From the NCBI GenBank assembly GCA_051003155.1, contig JBPCLO010000020.1, forward strand, positions 1-64,000: DNA of 64,000 bases. Reading direction: 5' to 3'. This document shows, in pieces, positions 1 through 9,748 of the stretch (within the stretch, counting starts at the first letter, position 1; every line of letters begins with the position of its first letter). The translations under genes were made by a program, and so were the position numbers. Source of the DNA: Fimbriimonadales bacterium. Its GTDB lineage: Bacteria > Armatimonadota > Fimbriimonadia > Fimbriimonadales > ATM1. The notes beneath the pieces were generated by a model. That model was given only the letters and a program-made list of their open reading frames with translations. It did no database searches and had not been told where the DNA came from.

Positions 1-2
1 TC

Positions 3-356
3 TACTTCGACATCCTGGGTGGCGAGGGCGAGCCCACGGGCAAGCTGCGCGACATGATCGACCGCGATTTCGGCAGCCTCGAAAATTGGCAGAAGGACCT
101 CAAAGCCACCGGCATGGGCGGCCGCGGTTGGGCTTGGCTCGCCTATGACCGCGAGGAGAAGTGCCTGTTCAACTACATCGGCGACGCTCAGAACACATTC
201 GCCATGTGGAACACCGTGCCCCTTGTCGGGCTCGACGTCTATGAGCACGCCTACTATCTTGATTTCGGCACCGCACGTGCCTCGCACATCGATGCGTTCC
301 TCAAGGTGATCGATTGGGGCGCCGTCTCGAAGCGGTTCGACTCAGCCGCCGTTTAG
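3..356 (+). CDS. Fe/Mn superoxide dismutase, C-terminal part (5' end outside window)
   Basis: GRGWAWL and DVYEHAYYLDF motifs of the Fe/Mn SOD C-terminal domain; frame open from the window edge. Confidence 0.9.
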   Translation, partial: YFDILGGEGEPTGKLRDMIDRDFGSLENWQKDLKATGMGGRGWAWLAYDREEKCLFNYIGDAQNTFAMWNTVPLVGLDVYEHAYYLDFGTARASHIDAFLKVIDWGAVSKRFDSAAV

Positions 357-399
357 GAATACGTACAAGCCGTCCGCGCGTCCTTAACTCATCAGCGCT

Positions 400-1506
400 T
401 TGAGACCTTTGCTTGCGATCCTGCCCGCCCTGGCCATGCTCCCCGCATGGTCGCAAAAGACTACGCCCGAGGAGAAGCACAAGGAGGAACTGAAGAAGGA
501 CGTCGAACTCGGCAAAGAGTACACCGTCGAGATCGAGAAGAACCTGAAGATCAGCGATGACAAGTCGTTGACGGACCGGGTGCAGCGAGTGGGCTCCGAA
601 CTGGCCGCGATCGCCAATGCCACCCAGGTGCAGGGCATTTACGGTGATTCGAGGCTCAACGCCTTCGAGTATGTTTTCAAGGTCGTCAAGGACGACGACG
701 TCAACGCTTTTTCCGTGCCGGGCGGCTTCGTCTATGTGAACTCGGGGCTCTTGAAGGACGTGGAGAGCGACGACGAACTCGCCGCGGTCCTCGCCCACGA
801 AATCGCCCACGCTTCACACCGCCACCTGATAACGCTCACCAAAGAGCGCAACAAGGTGGATCTGCTTACGCTGCCGCTGATCCTTGCGGCGGTTCTGGGG
901 CAGAGCCGCGAGGCGGGCAACCTCGTGATGACGCAGCAGCTTCTATCGACAGCGCTCACCAGTGGCTGGAGCGAGAAGGCCGAATTGGACTCCGACAAGA
1001 CCGGCTTCGCGTACATCCTGAAGAGCAAGTACCACCCGGTGGCGATGCTCACGTTCATGGAGCGGCTGGCGTTCAAGGAGCGGCGCAACTCGGCGAAGAT
1101 CGACTGGGGCATCTACCGAACGCATCCGCCCAGCCGGAAACGCGTCGATGCTCTGCACGCGTTGTTGCAAGCCGCCGACGTGCCCGTGGCGCGGAGCAAG
1201 GTAACCACGTCGTACCGCGTGACCGTAACGGCCGTCGAAGGCAAGTCCACGCTCAAGTTCGGTGATACCGTGCTCTTCGTCCTCGAAGGTGCCGATGCCG
1301 CCGCCCGCGCCGAGGCGCTGGTGCCAAAGCTCAACGAGTTCTTCGACTCGTCGCCCAAGATGTTCTCCATCCGGCTTTTGGGCGAGAAACTCGTATGGCA
1401 CGGCCGGCCATTGGTCGAGCTTCATTCCGGCGACACCGCGCCTGCCGAAGCCCTCGCAAATATCAAGAAGAGCCTCTTCAGCCTCGACTACCGCACCGGC
1501 GGCTAG
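400..1506 (+). CDS. M48 family zinc metalloprotease, secreted
   Basis: Signal peptide, NAFSVPGG, HEIAH zinc motif, downstream ExxSD and THP. Confidence 0.9.
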   Translation: MRPLLAILPALAMLPAWSQKTTPEEKHKEELKKDVELGKEYTVEIEKNLKISDDKSLTDRVQRVGSELAAIANATQVQGIYGDSRLNAFEYVFKVVKDDDVNAFSVPGGFVYVNSGLLKDVESDDELAAVLAHEIAHASHRHLITLTKERNKVDLLTLPLILAAVLGQSREAGNLVMTQQLLSTALTSGWSEKAELDSDKTGFAYILKSKYHPVAMLTFMERLAFKERRNSAKIDWGIYRTHPPSRKRVDALHALLQAADVPVARSKVTTSYRVTVTAVEGKSTLKFGDTVLFVLEGADAAARAEALVPKLNEFFDSSPKMFSIRLLGEKLVWHGRPLVELHSGDTAPAEALANIKKSLFSLDYRTGG

Positions 1507-1536
1507 GCGACCTTGCTCGCGCTTTAGCAGTCCGAG

Positions 1537-1690
1537 GTGAACGCGAACGTGACCGCCGACACGTCTCGCTTCATACAACCCGTCACCCAGGCCATGCGGG
1601 CCCGGGTCAGCTACCGCGCCCTCGGGCCGGTGTTCACCTATCCGTGGTTCGGCCGCATCGACAAGGCGTGGTGGACCTTCCCGGGTAGGA
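1537..1690 (+). pseudogene. Remnant of the C-terminal domain of a secreted/surface protein
   Basis: Reads SRFIQPVTQAMRARVSYRALGPVFTYPWFGRIDKAWWTFP; near-homologous remnant on the minus strand at ~28,070-28,200. Confidence 0.5.
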
Positions 1691-1745
1691 CCTACTCGGC
1701 CGTGGCTGGGCAGACTCGGTGGGCGATGGCCAATGCAGACACAGC

Positions 1746-2597
1746 TCAGCCCTTCTTGCCGAGGCGGTTTTCGACATTGGCGTCTTTGCGGATCTGATCG
1801 TAGACCTTGCCGATATTGCGGGACAGGAACTGCTCCTTGAGCTGAGCGAGTTCGGCCGGAGGTGACGTGTCGGATTCGACGCGGTAAATGGCGTATGTGC
1901 CGCTCGATTCGATGACGCCCGTCGTGCCACCCTGCTTGAGACCGGTGAGCGAACTTTTCACCTCGGAGGGGAGCTCGGAAATCTGGATCCAGCCGAGGAG
2001 TCCGCGAGTGGGCTTCGAGGCCTGGTGGTCGGTCGCACTCTGCACCACCGCGCCCCACTCCTCGCCCTTCCTCAGCCGGTCGGCAGCCGCATCGGCTCGA
2101 GCTTTCGCCTCGACTTTTCCTGCATCGCCGGCCGAGCGAGGCGCGAAGTAGATCCAAGCGAGCTTCCGGTTTTCTTCGGCCTTGAATTGAAGCGCAGCGA
2201 TTTTCCTAACCAAAACCTCGGCGCGAGACCGCAGCGCAAGGCGGGAACGCGACATCGCCATCTTCCGCAGTTCCGTTTCTAGGTCACTCCCCGGGGGAAG
2301 CGACTTTTTGGCGTCGTCGATCAGGCCCGTTAGGCGATTGGCGACCTCCTCGGGGGATGCCGTTACGCCCGCCTTCTTCGCCGCGTCGTCCACCATCACC
2401 GCGACAATCAGGTCTTCGGTGGCGTCGTAAGCGTACCAATCCCACAGAACCGACCGGGTTTGGTTTGCGGTAATGTTTTTGCCGTTGACGACGGCGACCA
2501 CGGTGTTATCCGCGGGGGGCATAACAACGTCTTTTGGTAATCCAAGGACGGCCTGGGCGCCCTGGGAAATAACTGCGGCGATGAGCAGGGAGGTCAT
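1746..2597 (-). CDS. PpiC-type peptidyl-prolyl isomerase (SurA/PrsA-like)
   Basis: VAVVNGKNIT SurA-like N-terminus and a parvulin-like C-terminal region (GLLGWI...ELP...GVIESSGTYAI). Confidence 0.8.
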   Translation of the reverse strand: MTSLLIAAVISQGAQAVLGLPKDVVMPPADNTVVAVVNGKNITANQTRSVLWDWYAYDATEDLIVAVMVDDAAKKAGVTASPEEVANRLTGLIDDAKKSLPPGSDLETELRKMAMSRSRLALRSRAEVLVRKIAALQFKAEENRKLAWIYFAPRSAGDAGKVEAKARADAAADRLRKGEEWGAVVQSATDHQASKPTRGLLGWIQISELPSEVKSSLTGLKQGGTTGVIESSGTYAIYRVESDTSPPAELAQLKEQFLSRNIGKVYDQIRKDANVENRLGKKG

Positions 2598-3202
2598 TCA
2601 CCGAGTGTACTCGGTGTACTCGGTGCCCTGGGTTCTCGAACCTGGTTGCCGTAGTCGCGCTTGATCGGCCCGAGTCCGTCCGCGAACCAGAAATCGAGGC
2701 GGCGCCGCGCTTCGTTCGGCGTGCCGTCCATCATGCGCAACATGACGACCACGTGAACGGCCTCCACCGGGCCAGTGGGCAGATCTGGGCGCGACCTCTC
2801 CGTGGAAATGGTGGCTTCGGCGGGAATCTTGGTGTTGCCGATGATCACGTCGCCGGTCCATCGGAACTCCTCTCCGATGCTCATCGGCAGTGCGAGGAGG
2901 GGCAGCGGCGGGTCGAGCCCCTCCCCGGTGCCGAGCTGGACCGCCGACACCCCCTTTGTATCGACTTTATAGACTTCCTCTTCCAGGGTGACCCCGTCGC
3001 GCTGAATCGCGAGCGCGTAGGCCGAGCCGTCTTTGGTGAGGACGGCTTCCGCCAGTACCTCGACGTTGGCCAGCCTTAGGGTCACCGGCCCCGAAAAGGT
3101 TTCGGGGAAATAGTTGCCGCTGCGATCGATCCGCGCTCCGGTTGTCTCTTGAGTGCAGCCGATGGCCAAAGAGGCCGTGGCCGCCAGCCACAAAAGCTTC
3201 AA
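2594..3202 (-). CDS. Lipoprotein, DUF3108/TapB-like paralog 4
   Basis: Lipobox-like AIGC, NYFP, LPTG and WFADGLGP motifs shared with the three upstream genes. Confidence 0.6.
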   Translation of the reverse strand: MKLLWLAATASLAIGCTQETTGARIDRSGNYFPETFSGPVTLRLANVEVLAEAVLTKDGSAYALAIQRDGVTLEEEVYKVDTKGVSAVQLGTGEGLDPPLPLLALPMSIGEEFRWTGDVIIGNTKIPAEATISTERSRPDLPTGPVEAVHVVVMLRMMDGTPNEARRRLDFWFADGLGPIKRDYGNQVREPRAPSTPSTLGE

Positions 3203-3813
3203 TCAGCCTTTCCTTCGAACTTGACCAAAGTCGTGGTGGCCGAGCCTCCTCTCTCGGAGGTCACCGCCTGGAACCGATAGAACAGCCCAACGCCCTCGGC
3301 ATAAATTTCGGTTGCCTTGATATCCATTGCGGTTTTGCCGGCGCCCATCTTCGTCTCGGACTCGACCTTGATGCACATCCTCTTCTGCCCAAGCACGTCC
3401 ATATCGATCTCGTCTACGATCTTAGACTTCGTCTTTGTCTGCACCATCATGCCGAACATCATCGTCTGCCCGTCGAATTCCCACTTGAGGCCCTTTCTTG
3501 GGGCTGCGGGGATGACCGGGATTGGGAGGGGAAGCGACTGCTTTTCGCTAATCGCGACCAGAGATATGTAACCTGCATGGGGCCTGTAGTAGCTTGTGCT
3601 ATCGAGCTTGCCGTCGAGCCAAACTTCCATAGGGGTCGCGTTCGTTCCCGAAACAAGCACAAGTTCGAGTGCCTTCTGAACCTGGCGAATGCGTAGCGCA
3701 GAGCCCTGCACGGAAACGACGTATTCCCAGGTCAAGCCCGCACGGAGCGGAAAATAGTCCGGGCCGGAGCCTACGGCCATAATTGAAATCGCGGAAACTA
3801 AAACTGGCAACAT
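3199..3813 (-). CDS. Secreted protein, DUF3108/TapB-like paralog 3
   Basis: DYFPLRAGLTWEY ... YAEGVGL pattern. Confidence 0.6.
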   Translation of the reverse strand: MLPVLVSAISIMAVGSGPDYFPLRAGLTWEYVVSVQGSALRIRQVQKALELVLVSGTNATPMEVWLDGKLDSTSYYRPHAGYISLVAISEKQSLPLPIPVIPAAPRKGLKWEFDGQTMMFGMMVQTKTKSKIVDEIDMDVLGQKRMCIKVESETKMGAGKTAMDIKATEIYAEGVGLFYRFQAVTSERGGSATTTLVKFEGKAD

Positions 3814-3819
3814 TTCGGT

Positions 3820-4545
3820 CTATCCTTTCGCGGGAATCGCGGTAATGGTTATCGTATTCTTAGACGGTTTGCCCGTGGGAGCGCTACTCACCGATTCATG
3901 AACGGCCTTCACCAGCCCCACGCCATCCGTATACCAGCTCTTGCCGATTTGCTCGACCTTGCCGGCAGCGCCCTTGATCGATGCAGACTCCTTCACTACA
4001 ATCGCGTCGAAGGTTCCGAGAGGGACGGTTACCTTTTCCGTGCCGACGATTCTCCAATGGGTCGTCGCTTGAAACTTGGCCTTGTCACCGGGCCGCTCGA
4101 ACCTGAACGTGCTCTTCCAAGCTAGACCTGGCTTGAGGTCGGCGGGGAGGAACAGCGGCGGGGGCTCGATCTTCGAGCCTTGGATCATGGTGGAGCGGAT
4201 GCCTTCCTTGGTCGCAACCAAGACTTCGTCCGGAAGCACGGTAGCGAGTCCGTCTGTCCATGCCGAAGTAATAGTGATCTTGCCGTTCTTCGGCTCCTCC
4301 GCTGTGATTTCTCTGCCGCCCTCGTGTGCCTCCGTTCCCAGCCCGGTGACCTTGTACCGAATCGGTTTCTCAAACGGGTACCCCATGAATTTCAACGCTC
4401 GCGTCTTGAGCTCTGCCGGCAGAGTCTCTTTGGATTCCAGCTTAGCTGCCGCGTCGCCGGCAACCGGCCCGTCAGGGGATTTCGTCGGCGCCGTGCAGCC
4501 GGCCGCCACAACCAGAAGGGCCAACAAAAAAGTGTGTCTCGGCAT
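3820..4545 (-). CDS. Lipoprotein, DUF3108/TapB-like paralog 2
   Basis: AAGC lipobox, EKVTVPLGTFDA and WYTDGVGLV. Confidence 0.65.
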   Translation of the reverse strand: MPRHTFLLALLVVAAGCTAPTKSPDGPVAGDAAAKLESKETLPAELKTRALKFMGYPFEKPIRYKVTGLGTEAHEGGREITAEEPKNGKITITSAWTDGLATVLPDEVLVATKEGIRSTMIQGSKIEPPPLFLPADLKPGLAWKSTFRFERPGDKAKFQATTHWRIVGTEKVTVPLGTFDAIVVKESASIKGAAGKVEQIGKSWYTDGVGLVKAVHESVSSAPTGKPSKNTITITAIPAKG

Positions 4546-4552
4546 GATCTTG

Positions 4553-5269
4553 CTACTTCCTTGTGGAACTTATTAGTTTCATATCGGACTGACGCGTTCC
4601 TATGACACCGGAAACCAAATCCAGGCTTCGGACAAGGCCGATCTTCGGGACAAACCACATGGACTGGGTAGTTCCGTATTTCTTGCCGTTCTCGGCGTAG
4701 CTTTGGACAACGTCGACTCTATGGGCCTTCATTCGACCGGATGGAGTATCAACCTCGGCTAGACCCTTGTAGGTGATGTCCATCTTCACCTTTCCAGTCT
4801 TATTTAGACCCGCCATGTAGCCGACCCCGGCCCACATCCGTTTTTGGCCCACCTTCGAAGGCCAATGAATGAGTGGCAGCGGCGGCTCAAAGACCGCGGT
4901 CAGGTTCTTCCCTCGCAAAGAAGTTTGGAAGACCCCCTTGGGGTTTGACAGGAAACTAAGCGTCGAAATAGGCTTGGTCTTGTTGTATACCGTGACCAAT
5001 GCGCGCTTGCCTGTTCCGTGATCGACCACGTTCGTAACTTTGAAGGTCATTTCGGCCACACCCCTCGATTGCTTGCCGGCCTTATCCCGAACCATCTGCG
5101 TCAATTCGTAAGTCCAGGAGTTGCCCTCGGCGAGCGGCATGAAGTCAGCGCCGGAGCCGACTGCATTTTGCAGGACCTTTGCTTCAGGTCTGGTAGCGCC
5201 GCCGGGCGCCGACGGGCCGCAGGATATACCGATGAGCGCGAGAAGTGTTAAGGAAAAGTATTTAATCAT
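4553..5269 (-). CDS. Lipoprotein, DUF3108/TapB-like paralog 1
   Basis: GISC lipobox, DFMPLAEGNSWTY, EVDTPSG and WFVPKIGLV. Confidence 0.65.
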   Translation of the reverse strand: MIKYFSLTLLALIGISCGPSAPGGATRPEAKVLQNAVGSGADFMPLAEGNSWTYELTQMVRDKAGKQSRGVAEMTFKVTNVVDHGTGKRALVTVYNKTKPISTLSFLSNPKGVFQTSLRGKNLTAVFEPPLPLIHWPSKVGQKRMWAGVGYMAGLNKTGKVKMDITYKGLAEVDTPSGRMKAHRVDVVQSYAENGKKYGTTQSMWFVPKIGLVRSLDLVSGVIGTRQSDMKLISSTRK

Positions 5270-6474
5270 TGCGGCTGGTTTTGCGTGCTTCGCTTGATGA
5301 AGGACAAGGCTTCGTTCGCGAGATCTTCATCCGAAATGGCTGTGATCGTCACCCTAGAATACTTAATCTCATGCTGAACGAACGGCGCCGCGATAGCGAT
5401 TGCGTTTGAGACAAGCAAAAGCTGGGCCCCGGGCTTGGCATAAGTGTACTGCCACAAGCGATCCCTTGAGTCAGTTGTCAGGTCGAGTGTAATCGAGTAA
5501 ATGTCTCCGTCCGCTTGAGCTTTTGGCGTTGCCGCCAACGTGGCGCCTGTGATCTGCTTCTCCGTAACGAGGATGACAACATTCCCGAGCAAGTTCTCGG
5601 CGGGCCTTGCGTACGATGCGATGCTCTGATCGGAAATAAGGGCAGCCAAGGAACCTGCGACGTCTTCCTTGGACTTCTCGTTCATTCGGCTCGCGGCCTT
5701 GGCGTACGTGGATTCGATGGTTGCACGGTCGGGCTCGAGGCGGCGGCCGCGTCGAAGGAGAGTCTGTATATCCGAGGAAACCCGACTCGCAAGGCGCGTC
5801 TTGTATGGAACGCGGATTTCGCCGATGACGGTTTGAGCCCCCTGTGGCGACGGGACCTTCACTGGGACGCGCAGCCTAATCCAAATGCCGCTGCTCAAGC
5901 GCTTCCAATTAACTCGAGCCAGAGCCTTTCCGTCGAGCCGGGTAGACAAATCGTATTCGAGCTTGGCTTTCATAACAGCGTCGCCTTGCAATGCTGCCTT
6001 TATCTTTTCAGCCGGCCACACTAGCTCATCGAGGGGCTCGATTTCGTACTTTAGCCCGCCAAGCGATGCGATAAGTTCCGATGTTGGTTTCGGCTCGAGC
6101 ATCAGAGCGCCGATCAATCCCTTCATCGGGATCATCGCGCCTGAGCCAGCCGACGAGCTGTCGTCGGGCCTGCCGAATGACGTGCCTGAAGCCTCTTCCA
6201 TAGTGGCGATGCCGTTGGAGACCTTGATTCGGTAGCCGCCCACCCTGATGCCGATTAGGTTGATGGCGCCGGGGTTTAAACGCGGGTATTTCCTGGGTAG
6301 GATGACGTACTTTGTGTAGAGCTCGTTCCCCCCGTACCAAATAACCAAAAGAGCCAAGACGGCAGCTGCGAACCATACGCCTCCTCCGAGCCGGAATGGG
6401 CGCTCGCGCGTCATGGTCGAGGTCGCGTGTTTCATCGGAGGTTCAAGTTTACTCGGACGGGTTGTAGCCGGCAT
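5266..6474 (-). CDS. Membrane-anchored protein with a C-terminal SecDF P1-head-like region
   Basis: One N-terminal TM segment; C-terminal ITLDLT...GAQLLLVSNAIAIAAPFVQHEI resembles the SecD head subdomain. Confidence 0.5.
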   Translation of the reverse strand: MPATTRPSKLEPPMKHATSTMTRERPFRLGGGVWFAAAVLALLVIWYGGNELYTKYVILPRKYPRLNPGAINLIGIRVGGYRIKVSNGIATMEEASGTSFGRPDDSSSAGSGAMIPMKGLIGALMLEPKPTSELIASLGGLKYEIEPLDELVWPAEKIKAALQGDAVMKAKLEYDLSTRLDGKALARVNWKRLSSGIWIRLRVPVKVPSPQGAQTVIGEIRVPYKTRLASRVSSDIQTLLRRGRRLEPDRATIESTYAKAASRMNEKSKEDVAGSLAALISDQSIASYARPAENLLGNVVILVTEKQITGATLAATPKAQADGDIYSITLDLTTDSRDRLWQYTYAKPGAQLLLVSNAIAIAAPFVQHEIKYSRVTITAISDEDLANEALSFIKRSTQNQPQ

Positions 6475-8113
6475 AAAGGGGCGCCGCCACGTTCACGAGA
6501 ATAGAAACAACAACGAGATTGATAGCGATCCCGGCTAGAACGGCAACAGTGACCGCTGCCACGGTCATGAGCCCAAGTGAAACTGCCACAGACGGCAAGA
6601 GCGCAATCGCCGAACCCACAAGCTGCACTATCCCGCGCAAGCCCGCCTGGGCAGGATCTTCCACGTCGGGGAAGACGAGCATGACGATCAGCAATACGGA
6701 AACGACGACCATGCCGGCCGCAGGAAACCCGATCGCCATCGCAAGAGCGTATTCCCAAGAAGACGGTGAGACCGCGAACGTCAAGATGGCCGTGCCAAAT
6801 GCCAGCACAATCGGAAGCATGGCTTTGCCCGCCACTTCCGCGAGGCAGATCGAGAACTTGGACAACGGCAGCGGTTTCTGCGTGTCGACACGCCGAAGCG
6901 TGTCGATAAATCCGGATTGAGCAACGGTCAAGCAGAGCGACAAGAGTAGCAGGAACTGACCCACCACGACTGCTTGATCGAGACGAATTTTCGAAAACGA
7001 GAAGATTAGAGTGGTGGTTGCGAGGACCGTGCCGAACAGGAACGCGAACATCGTATTCGTCCTAAGGCCGATCACGGCTTCGCGCCAAACGACAGCCCAT
7101 GCCCCCTTTGCATTCACATTCGAGAGCCAGCCGAAGCGTCTTGGCTTGAGCTTCCTTTCGCGAGCGGCGTTGACGAGCGCAACCGAGTGGTCGCCTTGCC
7201 GTGCTCTTCGCTTGGCCGACTGCATCGCAGCTGCGTTGCGGGACGCCATATCATAGAGATGGCGCGCCTGTCCGAATGCAAGCCAAAGAAGGCCTGCAGA
7301 GCCGAAGAGAAGGACGGCCGCCGCCGGCAGCCCACGCGAAACGCCCCCGATAACCGGTGAAAGCCCAAGGTCCGCTGCGAGGGCGACCGGCAAGAAAAGA
7401 AGTTTGAACACGAGGCCCTGGGGTATATCCGCAACAGCTACTGCCGGGACAGAACCGTTCACCACGCGGTATACCAAGACGAGCAACACAGCGACGAGCG
7501 ACGCCACGATTGCGCCGGCGATCTTCCTTGCGGTACGCGAAACATCCGAGTCGCGATTGATGTATAGCGAGACCGCGACACTAGCCGTCGCGCAAAAGAG
7601 GGCCAGCAAAAGATAGCTCGCCAACAGCGTGTGGCCGAGCCATGCTGCGGATTCCGGGTCTGGCAAATTGCGAAATAGGTATCGGACTCCTTCGATCCCC
7701 CTCCTCCCGGATATGAGCAACGGCAAAAGTGGAAGCAACAGCCCGATGCCGAAGTCCAATAGGAATCGGTGCATCAGGACTGTTCCGGGCTTTACAGGTG
7801 ACGCGAACAGCATGTCGACGTCGGCCGGGTTATACCTGCCGGGGAGCACAAACATGGTCACTGCCCTATGAAAGAAGACGAACAGAAAACCCGCGCAAAC
7901 AATCGCGTAGACAAAGGCCAGGTGGCCGGGACCTACCGAAGGCGTCGGCTGCGGCGACGGCTCCGGGCGCCCTTCGAAGCTGTTGCTAAGGATGAAAAAC
8001 CACCAACCGACAATAAACAATACACCGATGATGCGGACCGGCGACTGGATCGCCCGCTTCACGCAGTTCACGATCGTCCGTCGCGTTAGGAACAGCAGTG
8101 GCCGCAAGGTCAA
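6449..8113 (-). CDS. Putative ABC exporter permease
   Basis: Many hydrophobic segments, DVDMLFASPV motif, overlaps the ABC ATPase gene. Confidence 0.8.
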   Translation of the reverse strand: MTLRPLLFLTRRTIVNCVKRAIQSPVRIIGVLFIVGWWFFILSNSFEGRPEPSPQPTPSVGPGHLAFVYAIVCAGFLFVFFHRAVTMFVLPGRYNPADVDMLFASPVKPGTVLMHRFLLDFGIGLLLPLLPLLISGRRGIEGVRYLFRNLPDPESAAWLGHTLLASYLLLALFCATASVAVSLYINRDSDVSRTARKIAGAIVASLVAVLLVLVYRVVNGSVPAVAVADIPQGLVFKLLFLPVALAADLGLSPVIGGVSRGLPAAAVLLFGSAGLLWLAFGQARHLYDMASRNAAAMQSAKRRARQGDHSVALVNAARERKLKPRRFGWLSNVNAKGAWAVVWREAVIGLRTNTMFAFLFGTVLATTTLIFSFSKIRLDQAVVVGQFLLLLSLCLTVAQSGFIDTLRRVDTQKPLPLSKFSICLAEVAGKAMLPIVLAFGTAILTFAVSPSSWEYALAMAIGFPAAGMVVVSVLLIVMLVFPDVEDPAQAGLRGIVQLVGSAIALLPSVAVSLGLMTVAAVTVAVLAGIAINLVVVSILVNVAAPLYAGYNPSE

Positions 8114-8865
8114 CTTCTCCCGGACAGATCGAAGTCGACAGCCTCGGGCTCGTCCGTAAGACGAAGGAATACCGCTTCGAGCGTTGCGCCCTGCATGTTG
8201 GAGGCTCGCCTGAGTTCCTCCATCGTGCCTTCGGCGACGTGGCGGCCCTTGCCGAGGATAATGACCCTGTCACAAAGCTTCTCGGCCGTATCCAGAAGGT
8301 GCGTGCTGATCAAGATCGCACGGCCGGCGTCGCGTTGGTGCAGGAGCTCCGCTTTGAATTCGTGAGCTCCGCGAGGATCGATGCCTATAAGCGGCTCATC
8401 CAAAAGTAGCACGTTCGCGTCATGTATTAGGGCACACGCTGCCGCCAGCTTCTGCTTCATGCCTTTGCTAAGGGTTGCCACGAAATCGTCCGCCTTCGAA
8501 AGTAGATCGTACTTCTCGAGCAGAACAGTCGCTCGGGCGTCGAAATTGTCAAGCCTATCGAAGCACATCGCCACGAATTTGAGGTGCTCGCGGACGGTCA
8601 GGAGTTCATACAAAGATGGGGTTTCGGGGACGAAAGCCAATCCCATCTTCGCAGCCCGTTGATCGACGAGCAAATCGTGTCCGTTGATAAGGATGCGTCC
8701 GCGGGTCGGTTGAAGGATGCCGGCTATGCACCGCATCGTAGTCGTCTTTCCTGCGCCGTTCGGTCCCAGCAGCCCGACGATCTCTCCGGGCTCGACCTGG
8801 AACGACACACCATCGACGGCCCGAAGAGTTCGGTACTCCTTAACTAGGTCGACAACCTGAAGCAT
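8110..8865 (-). CDS. ABC transporter ATP-binding protein
   Basis: GPNGAGKT, LSKGMKQ, LLLDEP and STH motifs. Confidence 0.95.
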   Translation of the reverse strand: MLQVVDLVKEYRTLRAVDGVSFQVEPGEIVGLLGPNGAGKTTTMRCIAGILQPTRGRILINGHDLLVDQRAAKMGLAFVPETPSLYELLTVREHLKFVAMCFDRLDNFDARATVLLEKYDLLSKADDFVATLSKGMKQKLAAACALIHDANVLLLDEPLIGIDPRGAHEFKAELLHQRDAGRAILISTHLLDTAEKLCDRVIILGKGRHVAEGTMEELRRASNMQGATLEAVFLRLTDEPEAVDFDLSGRS

Positions 8866-8904
8866 TAGTCGGAATGATACCGTTCGAATGGGAGGGCCGC
8901 CAGA

Positions 8905-8944
8905 ACGAAGAAACCCTCCCGTCGAATCAACGGAAGGGCTTTTC
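8905..8944 (-). terminator. Intrinsic terminator after the PEP-CTERM gene
   Basis: Minus strand AGCCCTTCCG-loop-CGGGAGGGTT followed by a T-rich tail. Confidence 0.6.
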
Positions 8945-8964
8945 GATGACCAGTAGCCGAAAGA

Positions 8965-9591
8965 CTACGGGCGGCGGCGGCGCGCTGCGAGAGCAGCCAG
9001 GCCAACGCCGAGAGCGATAATAGTACCAGGCTCAGGAACAGCCTGGCCGGAGTACAGGTGGTCAATCTGGACCCAGCTCGTCTGACCGCCAATCGGATCT
9101 GACGAGACAGCGTTCCACGTGCTGATGACGTCCGAGCCAACCCATCCGAGGAAGTCCGACGTACCGTTCTGATCGGTAACTGTCATCATTTCGCCGTTGT
9201 CGAGGGAGACTGTGACGTCGCCGGTGATGACGAAGCCGTTAATGTCGGTGTTGGCGAACCAGCCACCGATAGCCGTCACGCCGGCCGGACTAGACGTGAT
9301 CGTTATGATCAACGGATCTTCTGCCTGGTTAGTCGAAATGGCGCTGTAACCGGAATAAAGGCCACCGGAAGCGCTGGCATCCCAGCCGTAGCCGTTGGCG
9401 CCCGGAGCGGTCCACGAAGGGTCGCCCGCCAGGGGATCACCGTAGGTGAAGTTGGGGAAGTCTTCTACGTAGAAAACCGGGTCGATGGCGGCCAAGAAAT
9501 CGGCCTCATTGGTGTACCAAGTCGCCATGGCGCTGGTAGCTGTAGCAACTGCCATAACGCCTAAAAAGGCGAGGCGCGCTGTTTTGTTCAT
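8965..9591 (-). CDS. PEP-CTERM sorting domain protein
   Basis: Signal peptide; C-terminal VPEPGT + TM segment + RRRR. Confidence 0.9.
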   Translation of the reverse strand: MNKTARLAFLGVMAVATATSAMATWYTNEADFLAAIDPVFYVEDFPNFTYGDPLAGDPSWTAPGANGYGWDASASGGLYSGYSAISTNQAEDPLIITITSSPAGVTAIGGWFANTDINGFVITGDVTVSLDNGEMMTVTDQNGTSDFLGWVGSDVISTWNAVSSDPIGGQTSWVQIDHLYSGQAVPEPGTIIALGVGLAALAARRRRP

Positions 9592-9748
9592 CTCTGATTC
9601 CTCCTATTTTCGGAATAATGCAAAGGCGCAGCCTAATGTGGCGACGCCAAACTATCCGCTTCAGGATATCACAATCTGACGCAAAATGCAAGGGCTTGCA
9701 GGGTGTTTTCTTTATCTAACGGAACTCGCAGTCGAAAACTTCAACGGC

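Noticed and set aside
2603..2625. GTGTACTCG tandem repeat
   Set aside because: Short coding repeat (PSTPST) at a gene end
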